In this document: piece by piece, positions 44,301-56,519 of the stretch | How positions within the stretch are numbered: position 1 is the stretch's first letter | Layout: every line of letters starts with the position of its first letter | NCBI RefSeq assembly: GCF_000002075.1 | Contig: NW_004797669.1 | Coordinates: 288,481-347,778 of the forward strand | Reading direction: 5' to 3' | Length of the DNA: 59,298 nucleotides | Source: Aplysia californica | Taxonomy: Eukaryota | The notes under the pieces: generated by a model | Seen by the model: the letters and a program-made list of their open reading frames with translations, nothing else | Databases searched by the model: none | Told to the model about the DNA's origin: nothing | Program-made: the position numbers and the translations under genes

Positions 44301-47300
44301 TCAACCGGAGCTTTTCAGCAATTCACACCAATAATAATCATAAAAGAGAGCATAATTAAATTCAAAGAGAGAAAAGGATTTAGAAAGTTAAGAAACGGGA
44401 GAATGAGATTGGGGGAGGGGGGGGGGGTGTACAAAAACAGGAGAGCAAGGAGAGAAAGGGTCAAAATGGGAGAAAGGTGTTGTTTTTTTTTTGGGGGGGG
44501 GGTTTTGTTGTTGTTGTTATTTTTTGGAAGGGGAAGTGGCTGGAAGGGGTGGGGGGGGGGGGGGGGGGTGAGGGCGAAAGGAGACAAAGTGAAGCAGGAA
44601 AAGAGGATAAGCTAGTTGGAGGATTGGGGGGGAACAAAAAAAGAGGAAAGAGGGATGATGTGGTGTATGAGACAGAAGTCAATGGGAGGTGAAAGAGAGA
44701 AAGGGAAGGAGGTAAAAGAAACAATTTAGGAAGGGCAGGGAAAGGGAGAAGGAAGAAAGGGGAGGAGACGTAAGGAAAAAAAGGAATTGTGGAGACTAAA
44801 CAGACGATAAGGTGAGGAGTAGAGCACAAGGGGAAATAGTGGTGGGAGAGGGGGGGGTGTTGAGAGGGGTAGATACCAAGAGAGAGAGAAAAAAAGGAAA
44901 ACAGTAGTACAAAAGGAGAATTGGGAGGGGGAGGGGGATTTCGTTAGGGAGAAAAAGAAAGAGGAATTACAGAAAGAGAAAAGGGGAAAAGGGGACAAAG
45001 AGAAAGGAGTAGACAAGACGGAATGAAGAGTAAAGGAGAAAAGGAACTAGGGATAAAAATAGAGCATAGGAGGAAGAAAGTGAAAACAATTAAGAAGAGA
45101 AAGAGGGCAGCATTTAGAGGGGTCGCAGAGTCGTTTTAACAATGGCTAGTCCTTTTGATGCCAACAAAAAAAAATCACTAAGAAAAGACTTTATTATTAA
45201 TTTTTAATGTTTCGCCTTCTTTAGAACAATTAATTTTCAAGCAACCAAAAGCCATTTTCATTTTTAACAAATTATTGATAATACATCATGATTGCACATA
45301 TATAAAAAGAGCAACAACAAAGTAAATAAAAGGCTTACCTATCAATAAAGGGTCTTTGATATATTCCTGGACAACCGCATTACAGTCATACTGCAGCTCT
45401 GAGAGTTCCTTGAAAATAAATATACCCCGACCTCTGGAAGACTCAGCCGGTTTGCAAATCCACATTTTTCGACCGCTTTGCTTGTCCTTCGGTTGGCGTA
45501 AACTGGCGTACTCCGACACAAATTTGGTGTAGTCATTCGGAAGGTTGTAAGCTACTGGGCTGGAGAAGAGCAGAGAAAATACTAATTGTTTCATCAATGT
45601 TATGATTTGCTTTATGACAAAATTATCTGAAGTTTGAAAATCAGCGACAGTGAGTTCAAGCTCTGTGACACAATTTGAGAGATGCCTTTCTTTCGATCGC
45701 CAGTATCATTGAAAACTACAAACCTCATAGTAAGTCAGAGAATTCTATTCTACAAAATGGATTGATTTATATTCTGAGTAGAATTTGATAGGCAACACAG
45801 TAACAGATAAATAAAAAGCGATCTTGTGGAAGACAAACTTGAGAAGGAATAAAGCTTTACAATGTTACAACGTCAGTAAAACTTACCTAAAGTTATATAC
45901 ACTGCAGCCATGAACAATGCGCATTTTCCTCAAATTGCGACACAAACAGTCCTTCTTTGTGATGGATGTGCAATGAGGATAATGATTAATCCATTGCCAG
46001 GGCAGCAAGTTAGTGTATTCACTCGTCCGAAACCGGGATGTTTTCCACCAGATGTTCCAGCCATCCTCTCCATGGACCTTTCAATAGAAAAACAACATAT
46101 ATGACAGATATAGAATTAAAGAAAACAATGAGATAAAAACAGGCAGCCCTAGATATGATCACAGTGAAAAAAAACAAGGGATTAATTTCGGAGACATATA
46201 AGAAGTATGTCTACAGTGCATTTAAAGGGTTAAACCTGGTTACTGAACTGCAAGAGCACATATTATAGGACACTCTATCATGACCAGTTGCCAGTCAAGG
46301 AAAAAAGATTAATCTAAGGTACTGTGGATCAAGCAATTCAATATTTCTTTTTTTTTTTTAATAGTCTGAATCAAGTAGTCAGAATAAATGAAATAAATAA
46401 TATCATATTACCATACCTCTGGATCATATTCAGTCCAGCCTCTCTCTAACAAAACATTCTGAAGGAGTTCTGGGCCAATACCATTGTCATTCAGTCGAAA
46501 AACAATTTTCTGGTCCATGTCTTTGTCTGCTACTGCATTAGGTCCCAGTTCAAGTCTGCACAAGATGAGAAAAAAGAATGTGTTACATACTTTTAAATTC
46601 ACGTATATATGCAAAATCAACATTTAAACTTGCCATAAACATTTCATTTAGAGTTGACCTGATATACTATGTTTTTATTATATTATTTATATTTGGCAAC
46701 TTGGAAACACATGTGTCACTTTTCTCATAAAACTATTGACAGCTAGGCCTATAGAGTTGAAAGTTGGCAGATATCTGAAAAAAGATATAGACGAGGTCCC
46801 CATGATGGAGCCCGATTTTTTATTTATTCACTTCCCGAATTTATAAAAATACACCGGAGAAAAATTTCTCATCCTTTTTTGGCCTTTGTGATTATTTCAC
46901 TGAGAAACGAAAAAAAATCTGCATTGCATGTCCTTCACAGCAGAAGTGCGGGAAGTCATTAGATCTATATGCTATCTAGATCTAGATTCTAGATCTATAT
47001 CTCGCCAGGCCCATTTTGTTTTGACATTTTTTTGCATCTCTCAGGATTTATTGCTCCATTCCAGTATAGAGTATAAATATATATATAATTATATAGGCCG
47101 TGTGAAATTACTTTCAGTTGATGTTCATGCACCGATCATTTCTTTCATGTTTTGGGGCACAATGAAAGTCCGTCAGTATTCCTTCACATAGGATAGGACA
47201 GGTATTTATAAGTCAAGTAAACAAGCTGGAGGTCGCACTGGAGGCAGAGACAACATTACGATATATGCCTTTATAGATCTAGATCTAGTTGGATACATTT

Positions 47301-47588
47301 TAGACCTATCGATTTTACTGACTGCCTCATCAAGAACCCGAATCTAATCCCAAAAATGCCGACGACAATTTAAAAACGTAAAATCCGAAAGTTCATTCCT
47401 TGCCAAACTTTAACTTTTAAAAATTCAGTATCTCTGTTCTCTGTTACTATTCGGATTTAAATTCAAAGCAAAAACAGTCCTTTCAAGACAAAAGGGTATT
47501 TTATCTTCTCTAACAGTTTGTCAAAACCTATCCATCTATAAATGTATACAGCGGCAAGCCGTAACCTCTTATAACTACTTGAACACAT
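34114..47588 (-). CDS. TTLL2: Probable tubulin polyglutamylase TTLL2, ~787 aa
   Basis: complement(join(47566..47588?,46417..46555,45887..46077,45339..45559,40098..40266,38773..38941,36937..37165,34114..35336)) = 2364 nt, in frame. TTL motifs WICKP, SRGRGI, KFDLRVYV, HLTNTSINK, FELYGFD and PWLLEVN are present, plus the TTLL2-type VLLERGW, PNDYTKFV, GHGCKWT and C-terminal VGNFYLVFPFN. Confidence 0.92.
35395..35570 (+). mobile_element. ~180-bp retroposon with 12-bp target-site duplication
   Basis: AGAGTGCAAGAG at 35383-35394 and 35571-35582. 3' stem-loop and ACTAAA tail. Confidence 0.85.
36937..37165 (-). CDS. TTLL2: TTLL2 exon (VSNCFELYGFDVLID...PWLLEVNFSPSL...)
   Basis: Acceptor tctcag, donor gtaaat. 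Contains the catalytic ExN motif. Confidence 0.94.
37168..37628. repeat. 35-bp minisatellite x ~13 abutting a TTLL2 splice acceptor
   Basis: Unit gtgagaacatgacagaatgttcacaatttaaacca. Confidence 0.92.
37895..38780. repeat. ~38-42-bp minisatellite x ~22 containing the TTLL2 splice donor
   Basis: Unit gtctcacccttggcattaacaaacataacggtgcacat. Confidence 0.92.
38773..38941 (-). CDS. TTLL2: TTLL2 exon (PGYTADKDQVGHGCKWT...LWQRI...APTAPR)
   Basis: Acceptor atgcag, donor gtgaga. Confidence 0.92.
39807..39990 (-). mobile_element. ~180-bp retroposon, second young copy with 12-bp TSD
   Basis: CACTTTATTGTT at 39795-39806 and 39991-40002. Reverse complement of 35395-35570. Confidence 0.85.
40098..40266 (-). 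CDS. TTLL2: TTLL2 exon (GYKFDLRVYV...EEGLVRF...HLTNTSINKF)
   Basis: Acceptor tcacag, donor gtgact. Confidence 0.94.
41968..42082 (-). mobile_element. tRNA-derived head of the same SINE family as 10606-10880
   Basis: Identical tgtaaagtgcctttcccaaggacacaacgtcgg, followed by A/B-box-like sequence on the minus strand. Confidence 0.65.
44360..45110. repeat. Purine-rich low-complexity tract
   Basis: About 750 bp dominated by G and A on the plus strand, with several long G runs. Confidence 0.75.
45339..45559 (-). CDS. TTLL2: TTLL2 exon (PVAYNLPNDYTKFV...WICKPAESSRGRGI...PLLI)
   Basis: Acceptor ctccag, donor gtaagc. Confidence 0.94.
45887..46077 (-). CDS. TTLL2: TTLL2 exon (VHGEDGWNIWWKTSRFR...INHYP...KKDCL...)
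   Basis: Acceptor tgaaag, donor gtaagt. Confidence 0.92.
46417..46555 (-). CDS. TTLL2: TTLL2 exon (LELGP...IVFRLNDNGIGPELLQNVLLERGWTEYDPE)
   Basis: Acceptor gtgcag, donor gtatgg. Confidence 0.88.
47566..47588 (-). CDS. TTLL2: TTLL2 putative first coding exon (MCSSSYKR)
   Basis: Lies in CpG-rich promoter-like sequence. AG|GTTACG donor is phase-compatible with the next exon but weak, and there is no homology support. Translation could instead start at the Met of KDMDQK in the next exon. Confidence 0.4.
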
Positions 47589-47680
47589 CCATTTTGTCAC
47601 TTTGTCATCTCTGTCCGTCCGCCATAGTGTATTGACGTCACGTGATGCCGCTTGAAGTTAACGACGGCCAATCGTGTGCA
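47589..47680 (-). promoter_or_regulatory. Putative TTLL2 proximal promoter: overlapping CRE and E-box, plus CCAAT box
   Basis: TGACGTCA (47633-47640) overlaps TCACGTGA (47638-47645). GGCCAATC at 47666-47673. Local CpG enrichment upstream of the first TTLL2 exons. Confidence 0.6.
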
Positions 47681-48247
47681 GTGATACAAACTGCACATAT
47701 CCACGGAGTTTATGCCCTTCATTAGGCCTAATTTTGAACACACTAAGCTAGCCTAGGCCTAAGCGGATAATACCAGATGATGATTTTCTTTTTCTTTAGG
47801 TTTCAAATGATAGGTATAAAAGTAAAACTGAGACCCTTAACGTGCAATGCATTTGCTTTGTATGACACTGAAGTATCCGTATCACTTATTTGACCCTTTA
47901 GAACATTTACCATTTAGAAGCCAATGCCAACAGAAAATCTACCGGGAATTGAAAAAGAAAGACAACTCGATTTAAAACTACTTCGTCGCAGGAAACCCTT
48001 TTTGACTCGGCTATTTCCCTTTGATAGTAATATAGCGCCATCCCAGTATTCCCAGCAAGGACATAATAGTCATCAGAACATAATAATAATAATGTTATTG
48101 ATTTAGCAGCAGCAGTGCAAACATCATCATCTTCATTATCATCATCAGCAGCAGCAATAACAATAGCAACAACAACAACAACAACAACAACAACATCGAT
48201 ATAACTGTTAATGGTCTGTAGCTTCCTATAGTCAATTTTACACAGCT

Positions 48248-48523
48248 GCTTTAGAATTACAAGGTTCCATCTGACATTTTTGGCCGTTTTGAGTAACCAA
48301 GACCATGAGGTCTGAAGCAAAACCGTAAAAAAACAAAAACAAGAAACAATCTGTCCGCTCTATCAAAATCGGAAGATTATGGAGCCGTTATCAAGATATC
48401 CAATGAATTGTACTCGAAAAAAGCGTGGCATGTTGTGAAACTTAAATTTTTTTACGCCAAACTTCTCAAAAACCAATTACGGTACTGAGCAAGTTAATAA
48501 TTGAACTTCATAATTCTAGGTAG
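48248..48523. mobile_element. Inverted copy of the 4037-4255 MITE
   Basis: catctgacatttttggcc, gaccatgaggtc and tatcaagatat match copy 1 in reverse. Confidence 0.7.
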
Positions 48524-49334
48524 TGATTGGCTGCTGATAGTAAAAGCCTCTTCAATAGGAAGAACTGGTCTGCCGCTGTGCTCTACTTGGTGGACTCCTT
48601 TTTTCTTTTTTAAATTGGTAAGTGTTTTACGGCGCTTGCAACTTCATAAAGTCATATGAGCACGCAGGACACATTTAAGCATTAAAATTTTTAGTTTGGT
48701 AAGAATTGATTTTGAATTTTGCCCGTTTGTAGGCGGCTGAAGTTGGCGGACTACAACACAACGACCAGTCTGACAATATATATATATATTCATTTGTACT
48801 TGATTGTTTAGTTGTTGTACCACAATTCACAACTTTAACCCTAACCTAAACGTTGACCCGCAGTCGGTTACATAGTAATAATAATGATAATAATAATAAT
48901 AATAATATAATAGTGCGTCCGTCAATGTCTGTTGATGACCAATACACCCACATAAGAAAATATTTCTCCAGCGAAATAGAAAAAATTCAAGATTTGAAGA
49001 TTAACATGGCTTAGGCTTACTGCTGGGGCTGATGATACCAATTCTGGCAGAGAAAAGTTTGCCACATTTTGAACATTTAAAAGCTCCACTTCTATCATCC
49101 ATTTTGATTTGTGGGTGTGCACAGCTAGCGGACTGCTCTCTTGGTTTCAGCATTTATTATTCGTGAAGTCTCACATACGATTCGCTGCTCACTGTGACCG
49201 CTGCTCTCCCTCCAGCTGGGCCTGCCAGGAGCTATAATAGATTCTTCCATGCAGTGGTAGTAGATCTAGTCCTCTTTTAATGAGTTGGCACTCAAAGTCC
49301 CGATCAAACCCGCGATTTTTTATTTTTGTTTTTG

Positions 49335-49848
49335 TAAAGTGTTTTACGGCGCTCGCAACTGCATAAGGTCATATGAGCGCGCGGGACACACTTAATATTT
49401 TCAGTTGGTCGGAAATTTTGAATTTCGCCCGGGTGGCGGACGAATCCTACTCGTATTGATTTTAGACCACCAAGGGATCTTTAATGTGCGCAACTTGCAC
49501 ACGGGCCCTCCAAGATTTTTCGCCCTTGTCCGAGAAGGCTAGGTGTAGATCTTTCCTACCAGAAGATCAAGGGTGTGGCAGAAAGACAGCAGTAAGGAGG
49601 AGCCAAGAAGTAGCAGTAGAAAGGCTGCAGAAAGAGTCAGGAGTCTAGAGAAGGGGGCAAAGGAGGTGAGGGGGTGGGGGCAGAAAGTGAAAATGAAAGC
49701 AGACTACAGAACATTGCTAGAGAGCAGGAAAGGAGGTGAAAGGAGACAATTTTAGAGAAGAAAATGTTTCGGTCGCTACCCGGATTCGAACCCGGGACCT
49801 TTGAATGTGAGGCCAACACCTTAACCTCTAGGCCACGAGAGCCCCCCC
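49335..49848 (-). mobile_element. Full-length tRNA-derived SINE (~510 bp) with LINE-type 3' stem-loop tail
   Basis: A box TGGCCTAGAGG, B box GGTTCGAATCC, central gcacattaaagatccc block, tail gcgctcatatgaccttatgcagttgcgagcgccgtaaaac. Confidence 0.85.
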
Positions 49849-49972
49849 TTTTTTCCCCAAATCTTTTTTTGTCTGTCTGTCTGTCGCTCTCTCTCTCTCT
49901 CTCTCTCTCTACATAAAGCCTTTCCGAAGGACACTATAACATCGGGTCCCTGACAGGATTCGAATCCACGAC

Positions 49973-50428
49973 GGGGGGCTCGATCTCTTGACCTAGAGGT
50001 TAAGGTGTTGGCCTCTCATTCCAAGGTTTTGTGTTCGAATCCGGGTAGCGACGGAAAATTTTTCTTCTCTAAAATTGTCTCCTTTCACATCCTTTCCTGC
50101 TCTTTAGCAATGTTCTGTTGTCTGTTTTCGTCTCCTCATTCTGCCCCCCACCCCGTACCTCCTTTGCCCCCTTCTCTGGGCTCCTGGCTCTTTCTGAAGC
50201 CTTTCTACTGCTGTTCCTAATTGGCCCATTCTTACTACTGACTTTCAGCCACTCCCCTGATCTTCTGGTAGGAAAATCTACACCCTGCCTTCTCGGACAA
50301 GGGCGAAAAAGCTCGGAGGGTCTGTGTGCAAGTTGCGCGCGTTAAAGATCCCTTGGTGGTCTAAAATCGATAAGAATAGGCTTCGGCCACTGCCCGGGCA
50401 AAATTCAAAATGTCCTGCCAACTGAAAA
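49973..50428 (+). mobile_element. Second copy of the same SINE, inverted, lacking the 3' tail
   Basis: Reverse-complement match to 49400-49848. Confidence 0.85.
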
Positions 50429-50668
50429 GGTTTGATGTGCGTGAGGGGTGGGAAAGAATTATTTTTAAATTTTTAATTAATTTTTTTTTTCGGGGAGGGG
50501 GGATTTCTTCCGAATTACAAAATTACAGAATAGGACCTTTTTTCCCCATTGTCAGTTTTGCCCCAGTGTCAGGTTTTGAACAAAAAAAAAACACAAAAAA
50601 AAACACCCCCCACACAAAACAATAACATAGATAAATGAAACAAAGCAAGGAATGGAATTTGAGCATGT

Positions 50669-50674
50669 TTTATT
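50669..50674 (-). terminator. Candidate Runx polyadenylation signal (AATAAA), implying a ~4.1-kb 3' UTR
   Basis: AATAAA on the minus strand followed by a U/GU-rich tract. It ends a long U-rich, transposon-poor stretch. Confidence 0.45.
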
Positions 50675-52194
50675 GGTAATTCAATAAGACAATGCATCTA
50701 AACAGCTCCTGATAACTTTATGTATAATTTATGAGGTGGGCATCTGTACAAAATAAACCAGCAAAAACAGATTTGATCACGGGGGCTGACAGAATAGGCT
50801 ACAAAGCTTCGTTTTGAAGTGTTTGTTACATGTGACGTGTTAGTTAGATTCTAACTCTCGTCTTGGACTTATAGTGTCAGTATCCCTCATCATCTCAAAG
50901 AGAGTACAGCAGGAGATTACGTTTTCATCACCACTCAGTCAACAACATGATCCAAACTATCATGTGATTACACAATATGGTGAAAGCAAGTCGACTCTCT
51001 CTTTCCCTGTGAACCAAGGGTGTGAACAGCATACATATATGCTAGCCCCAGCAAAACGTCAAATCAAAAGGTGACGTACGTTTGATGCAGTTAAATTAAG
51101 TAACCAGGGAGCGCATGAAGCAGCTGACTCCTGCAGACATTTTGACTCACACAATCGTAGACTTGTGGACGGACAAACAAAACCCTTCTAAAACAAACCA
51201 GTAAACAGACAGTAATACCAAATGTCATAACATATACAATAGACTGCTTGACAAAAAATAACTGGAAAGCAAATTCAAAAGAGCAAAATGATTTCAAACA
51301 GATTAGAATAAATGATGAAGGGCAATCTTGAATTGTAAGCAAACAGCACGTTTGATAAACTACTGAATTTTACTTTGAAAGAATAAAAAGTAAGAATTAA
51401 ACAACTGTGCATTTAGAATTACATTTCAGGAAAGAACAGATAAAAAGACTAACTACAGATACACTTGAATAAAACAGTTTGATTTCTAAAAGTACGTGGA
51501 GTATCGTACATGGAGTATCGTACGTGGAGTATCGTACATGGAGACAGACATGGGGAACAAAAAGAAACGAAGATCACGAATGGAAAATGAGGCCCAAAAG
51601 ACGAGGAAGAAAAAGCCAGGGGAAAAGTTCAACAATACGTTAGAAAAGAGAGGACACTCAAATTTTGGTCCCTTCATAAATTTCAAAAGTACAAAACAGT
51701 TGCCTCCAAAGCATTGTCAATGTACAGATGGTCCATAAACATGTGGCTCTCCTTCTCATCTGTAGCAGTGCCACAAGAAAACCAATATTTGTTCCCACCA
51801 TCGCTCTTGTGATGGCCAGTAAAACACACGTTTAAAAAAATACCCGATCAAATCCTCAGGAACAAAAAACTGCCTTCATAGTATATAAAAATTGTATTTG
51901 TGTATGTACAATTTATGATTCCTTCCTCTCTTGTCAATAAATATAATTATAGCCCATTACATAGTGAAATAAAAATGAAAACATCTTCCAAGTACTGACT
52001 TAAACAAACATATGACAAAAACGTAATGATAATAATTTGGTATAAAGTGTCAACATTAACTACCACTATTAAATATTTCTCATAAATTAAAAAGTAAATA
52101 ATCTTTAAAATACCTTGGGACGAATTGAAACTACAATGCAAAGGGACTGACAACCTCCGAAAGAGAACCAAAGTGCACATGAACAATAAACCAT

Positions 52195-52775
52195 CAACAA
52201 ATGAACTAGTTAACAAATGAAGAAGTTGGTAAATGAACTAGCTAACAAATGAACGAGTTGGTAAATGAACTAGATCAAGTTAACAAATGAAGTAGAATAA
52301 AAATGAACAGGTTAGCGTGTAAAAAACAAAACAAAAGAAAACGTAAACAAAGCAACTCCCCGCCCCCCCCCCCCCCCCCCCCCAAATAACTACAAAAAAG
52401 CCACAAAAAATGAACAACCAACAACAAGAAAAAAACCACCTTAGTAAACAAATGAACAAGAACACGAATAAACTCATGATTAATATTGGTCAAGAAGACA
52501 AATGAACAAGTTAGCAAATGAAGTAGTAAACAAATGAACAAGAACACGAATAAACTCAAGATCACTATTGGTCAAGAAGACAAATGAACAAGTTAGCAAA
52601 TGAAGTAGTAAACAAATGAACAAGAACACGAATAAACTCATGATCACTATTGGTCAAGAAGACAAATGAACAAGTTAGCAAATGAAGTAGTGAACAAATG
52701 AACAAGAAGGTTAAAAAAAACTGGTAAACAAAATAACTAGTGCACAATGTCATAGAGCACAAATGAACAAGTTAA
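52195..52775. repeat. Hierarchical tandem repeat (~83-bp unit built from AAATGAA sub-repeats) in the Runx 3' UTR
   Basis: aaatgaacaagaacacgaataaactcatgatcactattggtcaagaagac occurs three times. Confidence 0.8.
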
Positions 52776-53516
52776 CAGTACGAAACGAAAAAAAAAAATC
52801 AAGACCTGCACAGACATGGAAGAAATAACGTATTGAAACCTCATGGAGAGAACACAAGATATGCCCTGTTAGCTCAAATACAAATTGTAAAGCAGCGCTG
52901 GTTTGTTGGGAGGCATGAACACATACTGAAAGACAGGGACTCCGATACTGCTTGGTCGCAAATTGTCGCTAAGATTGAGCACCACCAGTTGAAATGCAAT
53001 CAGAAAAAAAGAAAACTCTAACAGCACACCTTTCTTTCTCAAATGCAAAGTCCATTTAAACCAATGGGCCTATTATGTTATTATAAAAATCACTGTTGGA
53101 ACATGAAATTAAGACCTGCTGGAAAAAAAAAGAGTCATTTGTTAACTTTCAAACCAATCCACAATAGACTCTGCACAGAATTCTTCACAAAGAACAAATA
53201 AAGAATTTGTAGCACTATTATTCAGTCAACCTTTTTTCTTTTCAACACAAACAAGAAACAAAGGGGGGAAAAATACATCATTGCTAAAAAAAGCATCACA
53301 TACGCATGAAAACATAAAAGCCAAAACAAAATCCAAAAGGCAAAAACAAAAGGGAAACAAAACCCAAACAAAACAAACAAGAAAATATTGATATTGAAGA
53401 GTAGGCTACTTTTTTTTAAATGCCAAAAAGAATTGACTTAAAAGACAAGAATGATATTTCAATGCTCAAAAGCATCAAATAAACTAGTTTTCAAGACTAA
53501 TTCGGAGAATGTGTGT

Positions 53517-53591
<75 letters not shown>

Positions 53592-54813
53592 TGTGCTGGA
53601 GGGGGATGGGGGAGTTGGTGTTATGCTCATGAGTAGCATAACATTATCCAGATAAGAGCTATGAAACTCCATATTCTTGCTTTTTGAATCAAGATTTTTT
53701 AGATGGAAATGGTAACAAAAATTTAGACATAAGCACAACAATTGCTCACCTAGCCAGCAATCACTTCTATTATATATTTTTAAAAAAAGAAATATTTGCA
53801 ACACTGCAACAAAATAAAACCCAACATAGCACAAGACAAGTTGCTCTCTAAAAATGTGTGAGTGTATTGCTTGAGAAAAATAGATTTTCAGTCTAGTATT
53901 CTTTCATACAATAACAGAAATATGTACATACATACAAAAGAATAAAATAAAAATTACGTCTCCCAATGCGCCTTAAGGGATTGTATCATTTATAAGAAAT
54001 TGTAAAAGGTTCCGTAAAGTTATGTGTCTGCTTATTTCAATGCAATGCCTCAAAGAGCTGAATTGATCAACACAATAAGAACATGAAATTTTCATATGAT
54101 CTGATATTGTAATATAGATATTGCCAAACCTTTAAACAGTAGGCCTTCTTACTTCTTTTTTTTCTTTTTAATAAATATTAAGTGTCGTCATTATCTGACT
54201 CAGACTGAGAGCTCAGATCTCCCTCACCTAATTTCCCCATATCATTTTCTTTACACTTCTGCACATTCATACACTCTTAAAATAACTGCATCCTTGACAG
54301 TGTATTATAGTGTTACTCCAAATTAAAAATGAAGTTTCATGTAAAAGATGGCAACTGGATGAAAACAGTCAGCTAAAACAAATAGTTAGACATCAAATGT
54401 TACTATTCAACATGCATAATTCACTTTCTAGACCACATCATACACGCCTAACTGAGGTCTCTATTTGGAAATTACATGACCTACTGCAGACATCTGTAGT
54501 CTTCACTCTCTGTGGGGCCAACATGGGGGTAGCCATGACATCATGCATGAAAAGCAATTTGAACCTGTTTTCAGAGAGACGACCTCACGTAGACCTTAAG
54601 CATCCACAGTTCACATCACTGACAATCTTTCAGTCCCAAAAGGAAAAACTTTGATACCAGTCACCACTATCTTGACAGCCATTGCCATCAAACCATCCAT
54701 TACTCAGTAACACATTAGACCAAGTTTCATCCTGCTCACGACTCACACTTATCAGCTCACCCACATTTATCATTCATATGATCTAGCACCTAGTAGTATG
54801 AACATTTTAAATG

Positions 54814-56519
54814 TCAATATGGCCGCCACACGCTGCGCTCAGCATGCTCCTCACTCCCCTTGCGACTGAGCGGAGAATGTGAAGACTCTGATCTGCCCTC
54901 CGGTGGTGAGACAGATGAGGAGACAGATGCGGTCATGGGATAGTGCCGCAGCTCATGTCGTGAGGTGTTAATGGTATCAATGTCCATCATCATTTTCCTT
55001 TCTACCAAATGACGAGTTGAGAATGAAACAGGAATGGGTTTTTCAATACGTGGAATATGTGGTGGTGACTGGCGGCCATTGTATTTATCATCAAAATGAT
55101 ATGGTTGAGGATCGAACAAGCCTTCATTCACATGATAAACTGAACGAAGAACCTTGTAGGGTTTCTCTTCTATACCCGAGGAAAGAGAAAGTCTTCTCTT
55201 GAAATATTTCCCATCAGTAGAAGATCGTGACAGGTCATGGCCCTCATTTTTCCTCTCTTCTCCAGCCGTCGTATGGCCAATAATCTCATAGGTCTTCTCC
55301 CCTGCAGGAACGAGAAGCTGAGGGGGGCTCTGGGAGTAAATGTGAGAGGGAGGGTAAATAAAGCCTGTGGGGAGGACTCTGGTCGGGGAAGATGAAAGGT
55401 AGGATGCAGACAGGGCTATTGAGTTAGGGGGGTTGAGGGAGGGCATCAGATCTTGGTGTGTTAGAACGGAAAATGAAGCATGGTGTCCAGGAGAACGCGG
55501 GAGAGTGGGCAAACCCTCTCTGTCTTGCAGAGGCAAAGAACTCAGAGAGTGAGAGTCGTGGAGAGAAACACCAGGGTTACCAGTTTCTGGCAGCCCACGA
55601 GGGGGGCAGTCAGAACGAGTCATGCCAAATTCCAGTCCTCGCATGTTGCACAAGGACAGATTCATGGCGTGGGCATCTGGAAAGGAACTTCCCGCTTGGA
55701 ACAAAGGATGGCTCTGAAGATTTCCAACTCCTCTGTCTGAGAGATGATCTACAGGCAGTCGGCTTTCTGATGAAATGGCTAGCCGCCTGCTTGCGTCTTG
55801 AGATGACTTGGTCAAATGTCGAACTGCTGAAGGGTCACTTTCTTTGCTATACACAGCTAGCGCTGAGGCAGACTCTGGCAGGGATATGGCACGGCTCTCC
55901 TCCAAGATGCCAAAGTTTGAGTTGCTCACTGACGTCACATGAGGCTGCGGAGCAAGGGACAGTGATGGGTTTCTCTTGTCAGAGTAAATGGGTTCAGGAA
56001 TCAACCGATCTTTGAGAGGAATGTCAGAGCCGCTAGTGTGAAGCATGATGGGAAGCTGAGAGGGATCGACAGAAAATCTTGATGAAGAATCAAAGGTTAA
56101 CCTTGACGAGGAGTCAAAGGTGACTCGAGATGGCAAGGTCATGTGATGATTCAGCTCACACCTTGCGCTGAGGGATAGAGACACCCTTCGCTCCAAATGC
56201 TGAGATTCCTCCTCAGCCATGTGGCCATTTTGAGTGACAGATGATCGGTAATCCTCGGGCCCCATCCTCCGTGAATCAATCGCATCCTTTGGTGGAGAGG
56301 AGCGTTGTCCTCCATTATACACCAGTGGAGGAAGTCCGTTACTAACGATAGAAGTTGGTACCCCGTGGACTGGGGAGTGTCTCCCATCAGAGTACAACAG
56401 GACTGGTGCACCCAGGTGTGAGCTGGACTCCACAGGAGGGGGCGGGAGTTGAAGGTCATGGCCGAGTGTAGATGGCGCCTCCAGTATTCGTTCCTCCCAG
56501 CGGCCAGGTTGAGTCACCC
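54814..56519 (-). CDS. RUNX: Runx terminal exon ending VWRPY
   Basis: 567-aa ORF with acceptor taacag. Confidence 0.9.

Noticed and set aside
48835-48848. TAACCCTAACC telomere-like motif
   Set aside because: Fewer than two full units. More likely a fragment of an interspersed repeat.
49770-50055. Two tRNA-like sequences with A and B boxes
   Set aside because: The acceptor stems do not pair, and both continue into ~400 bp of shared repeat body. They are SINE heads, not tRNA genes.
55458-56015. 185-aa plus-strand ORF
   Set aside because: Antisense shadow of the Runx terminal exon, with no recognisable features.
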